Shown here: positions 33,401 to 41,652 of the stretch, piece by piece
Layout: each line of letters opens with the position of its first letter
How positions within the stretch are numbered: the stretch's first letter is position 1
NCBI GenBank assembly: GCA_947175545.1
Contig: CAMWNI010000005.1
Span: 4,323 to 68,322 of the forward strand
Direction of reading: 5' to 3'
Source of the DNA: an uncultured Porphyromonadaceae bacterium
Lineage (GTDB): Bacteria > Bacteroidota > Bacteroidia > Bacteroidales > Muribaculaceae
Length of the DNA: 64,000 nt
Notes under the pieces: generated by a model
Told to the model about the DNA's origin: nothing
Databases searched by the model: none
What the model saw: only the letters and a program-made list of their open reading frames with translations
Position numbers and translations under genes: made by a program

Positions 33401-33405
33401 TGCAT
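27496..33405 (-). CDS. Giant secreted M60-like (enhancin-type) zinc metallopeptidase with four ricin-B-like lectin modules, two F5/8-type-C (CBM32-like) modules and a T9SS C-terminal sorting domain
   Basis: Start chosen at MHLKLFFSSLLVASAAM (signal peptide; 1,969 aa). HEFGH lies at 30760-30774. QLW..ESNADGTGF repeats at ~33200/32720/32240. W..LFD....T.FHS occurs twice. C-terminal end is VIYNLQGLRISRISSPGIYIINGKKTLVR. Confidence 0.85.
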   Translation of the reverse strand: MHLKLFFSSLLVASAAMTTEAITLVDGGVYQITNHHNQLAIQAPESPGIITIQNPDETNPNQLWVAHSNADGTAYYLRGLANGYYMTSPIQTSARWTTTLTASPDEDSMSFIFNDNNTIQAVGFNPDEHPLQAGYAHANGSAGTQLQCWGPASEGSASRWTLTLVDMDAATLESYQDAWYPRALRANRVYQFINNLRGGAFHAVNGEGNVTCITPDTADESQLWITESNADGTGFFLRNLISGLYLNSPMRTQAYWTCTPYPCESSTLLTIEPQTEEPDLFAIGPKGVAASSRNFAHEDDQHRLYSWDRDANASKWAVQRIEDYDDAAIEAVKATWPDSPLTEVIDGKLYRLTNANYTGRSLSHNNNNSAIGEETDDNSLRQLWLVESNADGTGFMLRNFDTGSVLQSSMGRSTQWKVVNTSKPNEAKTVMYVEIAANGVVLQPLSVKNSTGEAKNYGYAHEDGNHNIVGWESSAKPTQWTLTMVNNFTDEEIEAQRQTWEYVKTDNIEATLAAMFTDKTCTELNSTYSAMSAEDIEADARYQSLPATLRQMVMKVRTGDWSETDPVNAEIQWDSEHARKFRVQMVEPYSNCDGITGMTCIQAYTNFNNPTGILSDNGTTLYVMVEKGAPEGSTLYIAPRTFESSVNKLNVVNDGTELTEGLNIIQCNEDCAEMVVYYVVNTNSGRTRLHPLTDYDDIKIHVEGGSINGFFNAEGDALYTPDTNEDWFYYRERARHPRFSIISKYCLLYMHFFDVEGNSNPCLKNLLTRDEYNAGNFDLIATLRAWDEMFVAEMLIMGLMSDDVILAEKAAGRDWYDTLEGDEVAPSDYSLYFNNRLMGISSTEGFMSATWYRSTYNISTLRSIIMQFPTMDLWGPAHEFGHLNQGPMKIAGTSEESNNVFSNVALFYRGVNSSRASLPSVQRDFFNRGYNFHQHDTWGTTRMWFQLWLYYHAAGNNKKFYPRLYELLRENPLQKNSTEHLNAKDDLLHFAKMCCIAAGEDLTDFFEAWGFFVEQDGFYIGDYTSYTSYLSAEDIAEWKADIKQMAEENGWEKNNAVIFIDDRVGSTKQAYADWCRPADAGEMGGLNDFIEGRDAVSGEYEFSVSGTAVTVGGDGTGGVGFLIYDEEGKLIGFSNEKTFEVSAETAKKIAEGKASFSVIQSNNVEVPVRDAVREGSLESRLTIIADLLERAEDLLSNVDPTSTKVGYLKPEVADALIAARDEVKAKFDNNEITEENATELYDLLNPEVLAVETITPSAENIINIVPNNIYSFTANQLKGIYGVRTGDNNNNAVPVAVAENVNKNDELQQWYFIPADENGSFFIQNVSNHKYLKLADADNSAMPLTSEPEQSWTIQPLSLKFVAVVANSDAAHNAIHADNNGRIVRWEPNASASLWTLELADDSESKSLIFALNDIIAKAEALLPEAGTVESTIRTEPVDITPDDLFTNAPCKVTQWGDGFTDETWSYLFDDDAQTIFHSDYSDEGTTDGLNHYISIRIPENCGFFNQFVLGYRTRYQKANAQVFSPRDVTLACSPDGETWTDVANITSGLTTAFSTDQALDPCSLTEDAKYIRFMVNHANPDDSKAGHNYFVISELRLSKAFNVAESATPVEKFTFVEPEMLMDVYNNIEAAKLTIANPGATNPERTEAINSLTEAYTTLLNAMNRNIERLRELIAQTRALAAELGENTENVIPLSVSADQYSTNAEYTGQNTSDHLSSWEVLFDNNPNTFFHSTYNSNTTDGNDHHIQIRLQEPTTATETDMLLTYTTRNHNSNTFAPAEAIIEYSADGETWTVARELDNLLPLTHNTSFESETFSVPAGTQFVRFTVSKSRQNANSTNRGTSNGHDYFAVSEFVLCEYDVESEPDTESWPDANAETLEAAIRQIHNSEVVINASRADHSNFDASYDALLPHYQALLAIKNNPSTPTMIDEIESTKGETVIYNLQGLRISRISSPGIYIINGKKTLVR

Positions 33406-33450
33406 GAAACGAGATAGAAATTTTGGGTATGGTTTAAGGTTTATCAATTT

Positions 33451-33506
33451 CGGAGAAAAGAGCGGAGAAGGCTTCGGATTTTCATGGATTGGGGGTCCGA
33501 AGCCTT
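33451..33506 (-). terminator. Intrinsic terminator after fcl
   Basis: Minus strand: AAGGCTTCGGA...TCCGAAGCCTT hairpin followed by CTCCGCTCTTTTCTCC. Confidence 0.65.
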
Positions 33507-33520
33507 TAGTCGTGTCGTAG

Positions 33521-34459
33521 TCAGATCCGTTGGCTACCGGCAAGGAAGTCGGCATAGGCCAGGCGGATGCCGTCAGGCAGTTCCGTCGAGTAGGTCCAGC
33601 CCAGGCGGGTTGCCTTGCTGACATCGAGGAGCTTGCGTGGCGTTCCGTTTGGGCGCGAGGTGTCCCATTCGATTTTGCCTTCATAGCCGACTGTCTTTGC
33701 AACGAGTTCGGTAAGCTGCTTGATTGTCAGTTCCTTACCTGTCCCGGCGTTGACGGTTTCGGCGTCAGAGTAGTTATTCATCAGGAAGACGCAGAGTTCG
33801 GCCAGATCGTCGACATAGAGGAATTCGCGCAGGGGCGAGCCGTCGCCCCAGCAGGTAACACTTTCGGTGCCGGCAAGTTTTGCTTCATGGAAACGACGAA
33901 TCAGAGCCGGAAGGACATGGCTATGTTCCGGATGATAGTTATCGCCGGGTCCGTAAAGATTAGTCGGCATGACGGAAATGAAGTCTGCGCCGTACTGGCG
34001 GCGGAGATATTCGCAGTACTTCAATCCGGAGATTTTGGCCAGAGCGTAAGCCTCGTTGGTCTGCTCAAGTGGAGAGGTCAGCAGGCAAGATTCCTGCATT
34101 GGCTGCGGAGCCATGCGGGGATAAATGCAGCTTGAGCCGAGAAATTCGAGTTTTTTACACCCGTTGCGCCATGCCGCGTTGATTACGTTCATTTCGAGCA
34201 TCATGTTCTGATACATGAAGTCGGCAGGCTGCTCCGAATTGGCTCCGATGCCACCGACCTTTGCTGCGGCAAGGAAAACGTAGTCAGGTTTCTCAGAGGC
34301 AAAAAAGGCTTCGACCCGGTCCTGGCGCGTAAGGTCCAACTCCGCGTGGGTCCGGGTTACGATATTTTCATAACCTTGCTTGCGGAGTTGGCGCACGATT
34401 GCCGACCCGACCATGCCGCGATGGCCGGCAACATAGATTTTATCTGTTTTAAGCATCAT
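33521..34459 (-). CDS. fcl: GDP-L-fucose synthase
   Basis: Start chosen at [21 protein letters not shown], a typical Fcl N-terminus. SDR-type epimerase/reductase. Overlaps the gmd stop by 11 nt. Confidence 0.9.
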   Translation of the reverse strand: MMLKTDKIYVAGHRGMVGSAIVRQLRKQGYENIVTRTHAELDLTRQDRVEAFFASEKPDYVFLAAAKVGGIGANSEQPADFMYQNMMLEMNVINAAWRNGCKKLEFLGSSCIYPRMAPQPMQESCLLTSPLEQTNEAYALAKISGLKYCEYLRRQYGADFISVMPTNLYGPGDNYHPEHSHVLPALIRRFHEAKLAGTESVTCWGDGSPLREFLYVDDLAELCVFLMNNYSDAETVNAGTGKELTIKQLTELVAKTVGYEGKIEWDTSRPNGTPRKLLDVSKATRLGWTYSTELPDGIRLAYADFLAGSQRI

Positions 34460-35537
34460 TCTTGTCCATTTCGGCGCGAAGATGGAGTTTGCGTACAAAT
34501 TTCATGTCGTGTTCAGCCATGATGCGCACGAGTTCGTCAAACGATGTTTTTGTGGGGTTCCATCCGAGTTTGGTTTTGGCTTTAGTCGGGTCGCCGAGAA
34601 GCTGCTCGACCTCGCATGGACGGAAATATTTCGGGTCGACCTCAACGAGGACTCTTCCGGTCGCTTTGTCGACGCCGATTTCGTCCACTCCACGGCCTTT
34701 CCATTCAAGTTCGATGCCGACGGCGGCAAACGCTTTGGTCGCGAACTCGCGGACGGTGTGCATCTCGCCTGTGGCGATGACGTAGTCCTCAGGTTCTTCC
34801 TGCTGGAGAATCAGCCACATACATTCGACATAGTCGCGGGCGTATCCCCAGTCGCGGCGGGCGTCAAGGTTGCCGAGGTAGAGCTTATCCTGAAATCCCT
34901 GGGCAATGCGGGCTGCCGCAAGTGTAATCTTGCGTGTTACGAACGTTTCGCCGCGGCGTTCGCTCTCATGGTTGAAGAGGATGCCGTTTACGGCATACAT
35001 TCCGTAGCTTTCGCGATAGTTCTTGGTTATCCAGAAGCCATATTGCTTGGCAACGCCATAAGGCGAGCGGGGATAGAACGGAGTGGTTTCCTTCTGAGGC
35101 ACTTCCTGGACCTTGCCATAGAGTTCAGAGGTTGAGGCCTGGTAGATTTTGCAGCACTTCTCCATGCCGAGGATGCGTACTGCCTCAAGCAGACGCAGCG
35201 GGCCTATGGCGTCGGCATCGGCCGTGAATTCAGGCACGTCGAACGACACTTTTACGTGGCTCTGGGCCGCGAGATTGTAGATTTCGTCAGGTCGCACTTC
35301 TGCAATGATGCGCACAAGCGAGGAGGAGTCCGTCATGTCGCCCCAGTGAAGGTTGATCAGTCGTGACTGTTTCATGTCGCGAACCCATTCGTCAAGATAT
35401 AAATGTTCGATTCGTCCGGTGTTGAACGAAGAACTGCGGCGCATTATGCCATGAACTTCATAGCCTTTTTCAATCAGGAATTCGGCAAGATAAGAGCCAT
35501 CTTGACCGGTAATGCCGGTGATAAGAGCTTTTTTCAT
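34449..35537 (-). CDS. gmd: GDP-mannose 4,6-dehydratase
   Basis: [40 protein letters not shown], a canonical Gmd sequence. Confidence 0.95.
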   Translation of the reverse strand: MKKALITGITGQDGSYLAEFLIEKGYEVHGIMRRSSSFNTGRIEHLYLDEWVRDMKQSRLINLHWGDMTDSSSLVRIIAEVRPDEIYNLAAQSHVKVSFDVPEFTADADAIGPLRLLEAVRILGMEKCCKIYQASTSELYGKVQEVPQKETTPFYPRSPYGVAKQYGFWITKNYRESYGMYAVNGILFNHESERRGETFVTRKITLAAARIAQGFQDKLYLGNLDARRDWGYARDYVECMWLILQQEEPEDYVIATGEMHTVREFATKAFAAVGIELEWKGRGVDEIGVDKATGRVLVEVDPKYFRPCEVEQLLGDPTKAKTKLGWNPTKTSFDELVRIMAEHDMKFVRKLHLRAEMDKNDA

Positions 35538-35595
35538 CGCGTGTGATAATTAGTTATTCGAAATTAATACACATGATTAGGTCAGGAGGTTAGTT

Positions 35596-37722
35596 TTAGT
35601 TCAGGCCGCGGTTGCGGAGCAGGGCGTCGGGGGTCGGTTTGCGGCCGCGGAAGCGCTCAAAGAGCGTCATCGGGTCTTCGCTGCCACCGGCCTCGAGGAC
35701 GTTCTGTTTGAACGAACGTGCGGTTTCGGGGTCGAAGATGCCGCGCTCTTCAAAGAGTTCAAATCCGTCCGAGTCAAGCACTTCGGCCCAGAGATAAGTG
35801 TAGTAGCCGCTGGCATATTGGTCAGAACCGAAAACGTGTTTGAAGTAGGGCGAACGATAGCGGAACTGGAGTTCGGCCGGCATCTGAAGCTGTTCGGCAA
35901 CCTGACGCTCAAAGTCCATTACGTTGACTGAGTCGTTTGCGCCAAGGTTAAGGTGTCCCCATGCAAGGTCGAGAAGAGCGGCGGTTGTGCGTTCACCGAC
36001 GGCGAAGCCCTGGTTATGGGTGTGGGCCGCTTCGAGTTTCGCAATCAGAGCGTCGGGGATGACCTCGCCGGTTTTCCAGTGGCGGGCATAGCGCTTGAGC
36101 ATCTGCGGAGCGGTTGCCCAGTGTTCATGAATCTGGCTCGGCAGTTCAACGAAGTCGCGGTCAACGTTCGTGCCGGCCTGTGAGCGATACCGGGCGCGCG
36201 TCAACATTCCGTGGAGTCCATGGCCGAATTCGTGGAAAAGAGTTTCAACCTCGTCGAGACTCAGCAGGGCGGGGGCGTCGGCCGTCGGGCGCGAGAAGTT
36301 GCCGACGTTATAGACAATCGGGGCAATGCGGTTTCCGTCAGGGTCCGTTCCGGAACCCTTGAATTCACTCATCCAGGCACCCTGGCGCTTGGTCGAACGG
36401 GGGAAATAGTCGGTCATGAAAGTTGCGACGTGTTCGCCGGTTGCAATATCGGTCATTTCGTAGACGTTGACTTCGGGATGATACTTCGGGGCGTCGGCAA
36501 CGGGAGTGAATGTCACGCCGTAGAGGGTCTCGGCCATTTTGAACACACCCTGAAGAACAGAGTCGACAGCAAAGTACTGGCGCAGCTCGTCTTCGTCAAG
36601 CTCATACTTTTGCTGGCGCACTTTTTCGGCATAGTAGGCGTAGTCCCACGGTGCAATTTTCTCAGGGGCTATTTTCTGCATTTCGTCAACTTCTTCATGG
36701 ACTTTCTTGCGGGCGGCTGTCCAGACTTGGTTTAGCAGCGATTCGGCGGCTTCGGGCGTCTTGGCCATTACGTTGGCCGTTGCATAGGCGGCAAAGTCAG
36801 GATATCCGAGCAGGCGGGCCTTTGCCGAGCGGGCGCGGACAATCGCGTTGATGACCGGAGCATTGTCATATTTGCCGGAGGAGGCGAGCGATGTGTATCC
36901 CTCATACATCTGGCGGCGCAGGTCGCGGTCATCCGCATACTGCAACACGGGCAGACGGCTCGGACCGTGAAGGGTGAAGACCCAGTTGCCCTCCGGCAGG
37001 TTGCGTTCGGCGGCGGTCTCGGCTGCTGCCGCAATCACTCCGTCGGGAAGTCCGGCCAGACGCGCGGGGTCGCTGACCGTGATTGCGTATTCGTTGGTCG
37101 CGTTCAGCAGGTTCTTGTTGAAGCGGAGAAAGAGGTCGGTCAGTTCTGTGTTGATTGCCTTGAGCGAATCCTGGGCCGCAGGGGACAGGAGCGCGCCATT
37201 GCGCACAGCGTTGCGATATTGCTGCTCGACCAGGCGGTTCTGCGGGCCGGTCAGGCCGAGGTCGGCGCGACGGTCATAGATGCTCTTGATGCGCGCAAAC
37301 AACCGGGGGTTCATTGCCATTTCGTCGCTCCACTGCTGCTGAAGGGGATAGAATTCCTCGGCCACGGCGGCAATCTCGTCGGTTGAGTTTGCTTCGTCGA
37401 GGGCGCTGAAGAGCATTACGACGCGTTCCATCAGCTGGCCAGAACGGTCAATTGCCAGGACGGTGTTTTCAAACGTCGGTTCGTCGGGGTTGGTGACGAT
37501 GGCGTCGACTTCGGCGCGCTGGGCGGCGATCGCTTCGCGCAGAGCGGGCATGTAGTCTTCGGTCTTGATCTGTTCGAAAGGCGGAATGTCAAACGGGGTT
37601 TGATATTCAGACAGGAGCGGATTGGTTCGTTTCATTTCCGGAAGCTTGTCAAAAGCGATTGCGGCGGCCGCGCCTCCAAGAAGCACAGCGCCGACAACCG
37701 GCAAAATCAGAGACTGTTTCAT
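35596..37722 (-). CDS. dcp: M3-family peptidyl-dipeptidase (Dcp-like)
   Basis: 708 aa with an N-terminal signal/anchor. Zinc site is TLFHEFGHGLHGML. Confidence 0.85.
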   Translation of the reverse strand: MKQSLILPVVGAVLLGGAAAAIAFDKLPEMKRTNPLLSEYQTPFDIPPFEQIKTEDYMPALREAIAAQRAEVDAIVTNPDEPTFENTVLAIDRSGQLMERVVMLFSALDEANSTDEIAAVAEEFYPLQQQWSDEMAMNPRLFARIKSIYDRRADLGLTGPQNRLVEQQYRNAVRNGALLSPAAQDSLKAINTELTDLFLRFNKNLLNATNEYAITVSDPARLAGLPDGVIAAAAETAAERNLPEGNWVFTLHGPSRLPVLQYADDRDLRRQMYEGYTSLASSGKYDNAPVINAIVRARSAKARLLGYPDFAAYATANVMAKTPEAAESLLNQVWTAARKKVHEEVDEMQKIAPEKIAPWDYAYYAEKVRQQKYELDEDELRQYFAVDSVLQGVFKMAETLYGVTFTPVADAPKYHPEVNVYEMTDIATGEHVATFMTDYFPRSTKRQGAWMSEFKGSGTDPDGNRIAPIVYNVGNFSRPTADAPALLSLDEVETLFHEFGHGLHGMLTRARYRSQAGTNVDRDFVELPSQIHEHWATAPQMLKRYARHWKTGEVIPDALIAKLEAAHTHNQGFAVGERTTAALLDLAWGHLNLGANDSVNVMDFERQVAEQLQMPAELQFRYRSPYFKHVFGSDQYASGYYTYLWAEVLDSDGFELFEERGIFDPETARSFKQNVLEAGGSEDPMTLFERFRGRKPTPDALLRNRGLN

Positions 37723-37764
37723 TATGCTGTAGTATATATAATAATGTGTATAGGTTTATCAGAA

Positions 37765-38466
37765 TCAAATTATTCGGAACATGTAGCCGAGGGTACATTC
37801 AATTGACATTCCGCGCGAGGCTCCGAAGACGTCACGGCGGCTTGAGGGGAACACATTGGCCAGTCCATAGTAGAAACGGCCTTCGAGCAGAATCGAGTGT
37901 TTTCGGCGCAGGCGCATCTCAACTCCGAGGCCGCCTGCAATTCCATAGTCGAATTTGCGTCCAGGCTCCATGGCAAGTTGCTCGTAGCGGTGGTTGCGCG
38001 GAAAGTTGCTGACTGATTCAATGTTGCGATAGTTGAAGTTGGCGGTTGTTTTGTCGCCAACCATATAGCCTATTTCCGGGCCGAGATTGATGAAGAATCT
38101 CCATTTTTCCGACCCGAAGAAAATCTGGGTCATTATGGGTAACTGGAGATATGAAAACTGTCTTTTATAATCAAGGTTGGAGTCGCTGTTGAATTTTTCG
38201 GCCCAACCGCGCTGGGTGAAATTCAGTTCGGCGACGAGTCCGAAATGGTTTTCCTCGGTGTAGCGCAGGCAGAGTCCGGCAGTCATGCCGGGCGTGAACT
38301 TCTGGCGCACGGTCGGCGACCATGACATTTCCGAGAGCGTCGCCCCGCCTTTAAAGCCGATGGCGAGGTCAGGCGTATAATAGCGCTGGGCTGCCACGCC
38401 GAAGGGGGCGAGACAGCCAAGGACGAGCAGCGTCAGAGCGCACAGGCGGTTTGTCAGAGTTTTCAC
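37765..38466 (-). CDS. PorT-family / OMP_b-brl_2-type outer-membrane beta-barrel protein
   Basis: Signal peptide, alternating amphipathic strands, and a C-terminal aromatic residue pattern (TLGYMFRII). The start overlaps the upstream stop by 4 nt. Confidence 0.6.
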   Translation of the reverse strand: MKTLTNRLCALTLLVLGCLAPFGVAAQRYYTPDLAIGFKGGATLSEMSWSPTVRQKFTPGMTAGLCLRYTEENHFGLVAELNFTQRGWAEKFNSDSNLDYKRQFSYLQLPIMTQIFFGSEKWRFFINLGPEIGYMVGDKTTANFNYRNIESVSNFPRNHRYEQLAMEPGRKFDYGIAGGLGVEMRLRRKHSILLEGRFYYGLANVFPSSRRDVFGASRGMSIECTLGYMFRII

Positions 38467-39890
38467 AGCAGGATTGCTTCTGTTGAGCCGGCAGGCGTGA
38501 AGTTAATGAAGTAGAGTGCGGCGTTTTCATATCCGCCCCGGTCGGAAACACGTACAAAGCGGAATGAGTTCTGGATTCCTTCATGGGCAGTTTCGGTCAC
38601 AGGCGAGTTTGCGGCCTCCAGAATCCAGGCGGCGGTGTCATAGCCGAGCAGGGCGCTGACCGGCGTTGATCGGTCAAGAGGCGAGCCGTATGTTTCTTCA
38701 TAGATGTCGGCGACATTTTTCCAGCCTGGCGCGAGCGGATTGGAGGCGAAACGAGAGTAAATTGTCGTGTTCAGCCGATGAAGGCGTTCTTTGATGTCGC
38801 CCTGGAGTACAATCCATTCCGGATAGCCGAACAGGGTTGCCGTTTCGTTTGAGGCGCGATAGCTCTCAAGCGTGGGCAGAATGCGCATCAGAGCCTCGCG
38901 GCTGTGTGACGTTGGGATGAAGACGTAGTCGTGTGCCTGGTCAAGGGTGGCGAGGTCTTCATCGGTCAGCTTGCCGGCATAGTCAATTTTTTCATACGGG
39001 ATGCCGTTGGCGATGAGAGTCGTTGTCAGTTCAGAGGTAAATCCGGTTTTTTCGGCGGGAATATCTGTCGCGTTCAGCAAAATGACTTTCTTTTCGCTGT
39101 TTGCTTTGCAAAATTCGCGGATGGCGGTGAGATACATCCTGTCGTGCGAGATGTTGCCCTGGCAGACTGACAGGTGAGAGTGATGTTCGGGATTCTTGAC
39201 GGCAAACAGGTTGAGGACAATGCCGCCAACAGAGTCTATGGCCGCTGCAATCGTGTTGATGCTTAGAGAGTCTTCGGGGGCAATGATGAAGTCTGAGTTG
39301 ACAAGTTCCGGCCGGGTCATCATGGCTTCAACTTTGTCGGCCGAGCCTTCAGAGTCAAGGGCCAGAAGTTTTATGGGGCGGTCGGTCTGCTGACCGAGGG
39401 TCTCTATTCCAAGCATGAAGCCGCGATAGAAGTTCGTGAAATTCTCGGCAGACTTGGTAATGTTCTCGCTTTCGAGCATGAAGGGGAGAATGACGGCAAG
39501 ACGGAGAGTGTCGGCCGGCTCTTCCATGGGCGGGGCGGCTGTCGTTGCCGGACTGACGGTCTCCGGTTGCAGAGGGTCGAAGGGCGGGGCCTCCTGTCGC
39601 GTGGCGACTGACGTGGCTTTCTGTTCGGCCGGGGCGTCGGTGTCGGTTGGAAATATGAGGGTGTCGCCGGCGCGCAGACCGTCCTTGACGGCCGGATTTG
39701 CGGCAATCAGCTGGTCGCGTGTTATGCCGAGGCGTCGGGTTATCGAATAGACGGTTTCTTTTGAGGTAACACGATAGACGTAGTATCTTTTGCCGTTAAT
39801 GGTTTCCGTCGGCAGGTCAAAGTTAAATGCTGCGGCGGCAAGCGTGCATGAGGCTGCAAGAATCAGGGCTGTCTTTCTTAGCGGATTCAT
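38463..39890 (-). CDS. Secreted LysM-domain protein fused to a type-1 periplasmic-binding-protein-like domain
   Basis: Start chosen at MNPLRKTALILAAS (signal peptide). LysM segment is YRVTSKETVYSITRRLGITRDQLIAANP....L.AGDTLIFP. A Pro/Ala linker follows, then a PBP1-like fold. Confidence 0.75.
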   Translation of the reverse strand: MNPLRKTALILAASCTLAAAAFNFDLPTETINGKRYYVYRVTSKETVYSITRRLGITRDQLIAANPAVKDGLRAGDTLIFPTDTDAPAEQKATSVATRQEAPPFDPLQPETVSPATTAAPPMEEPADTLRLAVILPFMLESENITKSAENFTNFYRGFMLGIETLGQQTDRPIKLLALDSEGSADKVEAMMTRPELVNSDFIIAPEDSLSINTIAAAIDSVGGIVLNLFAVKNPEHHSHLSVCQGNISHDRMYLTAIREFCKANSEKKVILLNATDIPAEKTGFTSELTTTLIANGIPYEKIDYAGKLTDEDLATLDQAHDYVFIPTSHSREALMRILPTLESYRASNETATLFGYPEWIVLQGDIKERLHRLNTTIYSRFASNPLAPGWKNVADIYEETYGSPLDRSTPVSALLGYDTAAWILEAANSPVTETAHEGIQNSFRFVRVSDRGGYENAALYFINFTPAGSTEAILL

Positions 39891-39894
39891 CAGT

Positions 39895-40620
39895 TTACTG
39901 AAGTCGGATTGTTGTGAATTTAAACGTGAGGAGGTCAATGAGCAGCAGGCGGTTGATGAGCGGTTCGCCAACTCCGGTTATAAGTTTGATTGCTTCTGCC
40001 GCCTGCATTGCGCCTGCAACTCCGGCAACAGCGTTGAGAACTCCTGAGTTAACGCAAGAGCTACAGTTTATCTGCTCGGAGGTCGGCGCTTCGGGGAAGA
40101 TTTCGCGATAGAGCCTCGATCCGGGCAGCTGGGTTGTCAATTGCGCTTCGAAGCGGCTGACGGCTGCAAAGCAGAGGGGTTTCGCAAGGGCTGCCGCGGC
40201 GTCGCTGAGCATCAGGCGGGTGGGGTAGTTGTCCGTGCAGTCAATCAGCAGGTCGTAAGCCGAGGCGACTTCGGCAATGTTGTCAGCCGTCAGCATGACG
40301 TTGTGGAGCCGGACCTTGACCCCGGGGTTCAGGGCCTTGACTGCGGCTTCGGCGCTTTCGGTTTTCAGGCGTCCGACGGAGTCCGTGCGGTGAACGATTT
40401 GTCGCTGGAGGTTGCCAAGGCTGACGCGGTCGCCGTCGGCAATGCCGAGGGTGCCTACTCCTGCCGCCGCGAGATAAAGCAATACGGGCGAAGCCAGAGC
40501 GCCGGCACCACAGACAAGCACGCTGGCGGACTTTAGCTTTTGCTGGCCCGGCAAGTCAATCTCACACAGCGCCAGATTGGCTGCGTAGCGTTCGTTTTCT
40601 TCGTTAGTTAAACCGTTCAT
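39895..40620 (-). CDS. ThiF/MoeB/HesA-family E1-like adenylyltransferase
   Basis: Start chosen at MNGLTNEENERY. Contains GQQKLKSASVLVCGAGALASPVLLYLAAAGVGTLGIADGD.VSLGNLQRQ. Confidence 0.8.
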   Translation of the reverse strand: MNGLTNEENERYAANLALCEIDLPGQQKLKSASVLVCGAGALASPVLLYLAAAGVGTLGIADGDRVSLGNLQRQIVHRTDSVGRLKTESAEAAVKALNPGVKVRLHNVMLTADNIAEVASAYDLLIDCTDNYPTRLMLSDAAAALAKPLCFAAVSRFEAQLTTQLPGSRLYREIFPEAPTSEQINCSSCVNSGVLNAVAGVAGAMQAAEAIKLITGVGEPLINRLLLIDLLTFKFTTIRLQ

Positions 40621-40630
40621 AATTACACCG

Positions 40631-40638
40631 CAAATATA
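40631..40638 (-). promoter_or_regulatory. -7 box TATATTTG, 10 nt upstream of the ThiF-like ATG
   Basis: Exact TAnnTTTG match on the minus strand. Confidence 0.4.
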
Positions 40639-40701
40639 CAAAAATAGCCCCAAATGTCCAAAAACATGTAAAAAGTTTGTGTTTTTCAAGAAAAAAGTCC
40701 G

Positions 40702-40709
40702 TAAATTTG
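40702..40709 (+). promoter_or_regulatory. -7 box TAAATTTG for the 40757 operon
   Basis: Exact TAnnTTTG match, 47 nt upstream of the ATG. Confidence 0.45.
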
Positions 40710-40756
40710 TTGACTCTTAAAAGCAAGTATTTAATAACACAAAAACAAGAAAAACA

Positions 40757-41095
40757 ATGAAAAGTAAACGCAGTCTTAAAAAGCAAATACGTTATATCTG
40801 CGGTGACCTCGTCGGCGAGTGTCTCCTGATTGGTGAAATCTGTCCGGAAGAGAAACAGGATGAGGTAGCCCGCCTGGTGGTTGACCTGGCTGTGCTTCAG
40901 GAACAGACCCTTGGTCACTGCTCGTTCAGCTTTGACAAGTCGGTGCGCGACTTCGGTTCGGTGTCAGAGTATAAGCAAGCCAAGAGCCAGTATGTCCGCA
41001 AGGCTTACGCCGCACTCCATGACCAGTTCAATGCCCGCCTGAGCGAGCTGGTTCACCGGATGAATCAGATTGCCGGCCTGGCAAAGGGCGAATGA
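40757..41095 (+). CDS. Small conserved hypothetical protein (112 aa, helical, cytoplasmic)
   Basis: ORF with coding-like composition. Its TGA stop overlaps the next ATG (ATGA). No family recognised. Confidence 0.5.
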   Translation: MKSKRSLKKQIRYICGDLVGECLLIGEICPEEKQDEVARLVVDLAVLQEQTLGHCSFSFDKSVRDFGSVSEYKQAKSQYVRKAYAALHDQFNARLSELVHRMNQIAGLAKGE

Positions 41096-41652
41096 AACGA
41101 CTCAGCTCGCTGATTCTGCGCTGGTGGGGCTGGAAAGTGTCGGTTACTGTCCCTGACTATCCGAAGTCGATTATTTGTGTCGCGCCCCATACGAGCAATT
41201 GGGATTTTATCCTTGGCAAACTGGCTTACGCCTCTATTGGGCGTAAGGCCGGTTTCCTGATGAAAAAATGGTGGTTTTTCTGGCCCCTCGGCCCTATTTT
41301 CAGGAGCATGGGCGGCGTGCCTGTCGGCGAATGCCCCGGTGTTTCGCTGACCGCACAACTGATTGAGCGCTTCCGGACCTCTGACAAACTCAATATAGCA
41401 ATCACTCCGGAGGGAACCCGCTCGCTGAACACCCGTTGGCGCACAGGGTTTCTCCACGTTGCCATTGAGGCGAAAGTCCCCATCACACTGGCTTCGATTG
41501 ATTTTCCTTCGAAGACAATCAGCATGCACGAAACCTTCTTCCCGACGGGTGACATAAAGGCAGATATGCTCAGAATCAAGGAATATTACCGACCGTTTAC
41601 TGGCAGATTTCCTGATAAATTCTCAACTGAAACCGAACCCGATGGCAAATAA
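41092..41652 (+). CDS. PlsC-like lysophospholipid/1-acyl-sn-glycerol-3-phosphate acyltransferase family protein
   Basis: HX4D motif (APHTSNWDF) and ITPEGTRS motif. Confidence 0.75.
   Translation: MKRLSSLILRWWGWKVSVTVPDYPKSIICVAPHTSNWDFILGKLAYASIGRKAGFLMKKWWFFWPLGPIFRSMGGVPVGECPGVSLTAQLIERFRTSDKLNIAITPEGTRSLNTRWRTGFLHVAIEAKVPITLASIDFPSKTISMHETFFPTGDIKADMLRIKEYYRPFTGRFPDKFSTETEPDGK

Noticed and set aside
33406-33702. 99-codon N-terminal extension of the giant ORF (the ORF track starts it at 33702).
   Set aside because: The extension overlaps the fcl terminator and the fcl 3' end. It has no signal peptide, whereas Met-100 (33405) is followed immediately by a canonical signal peptide, as required for a T9SS cargo.
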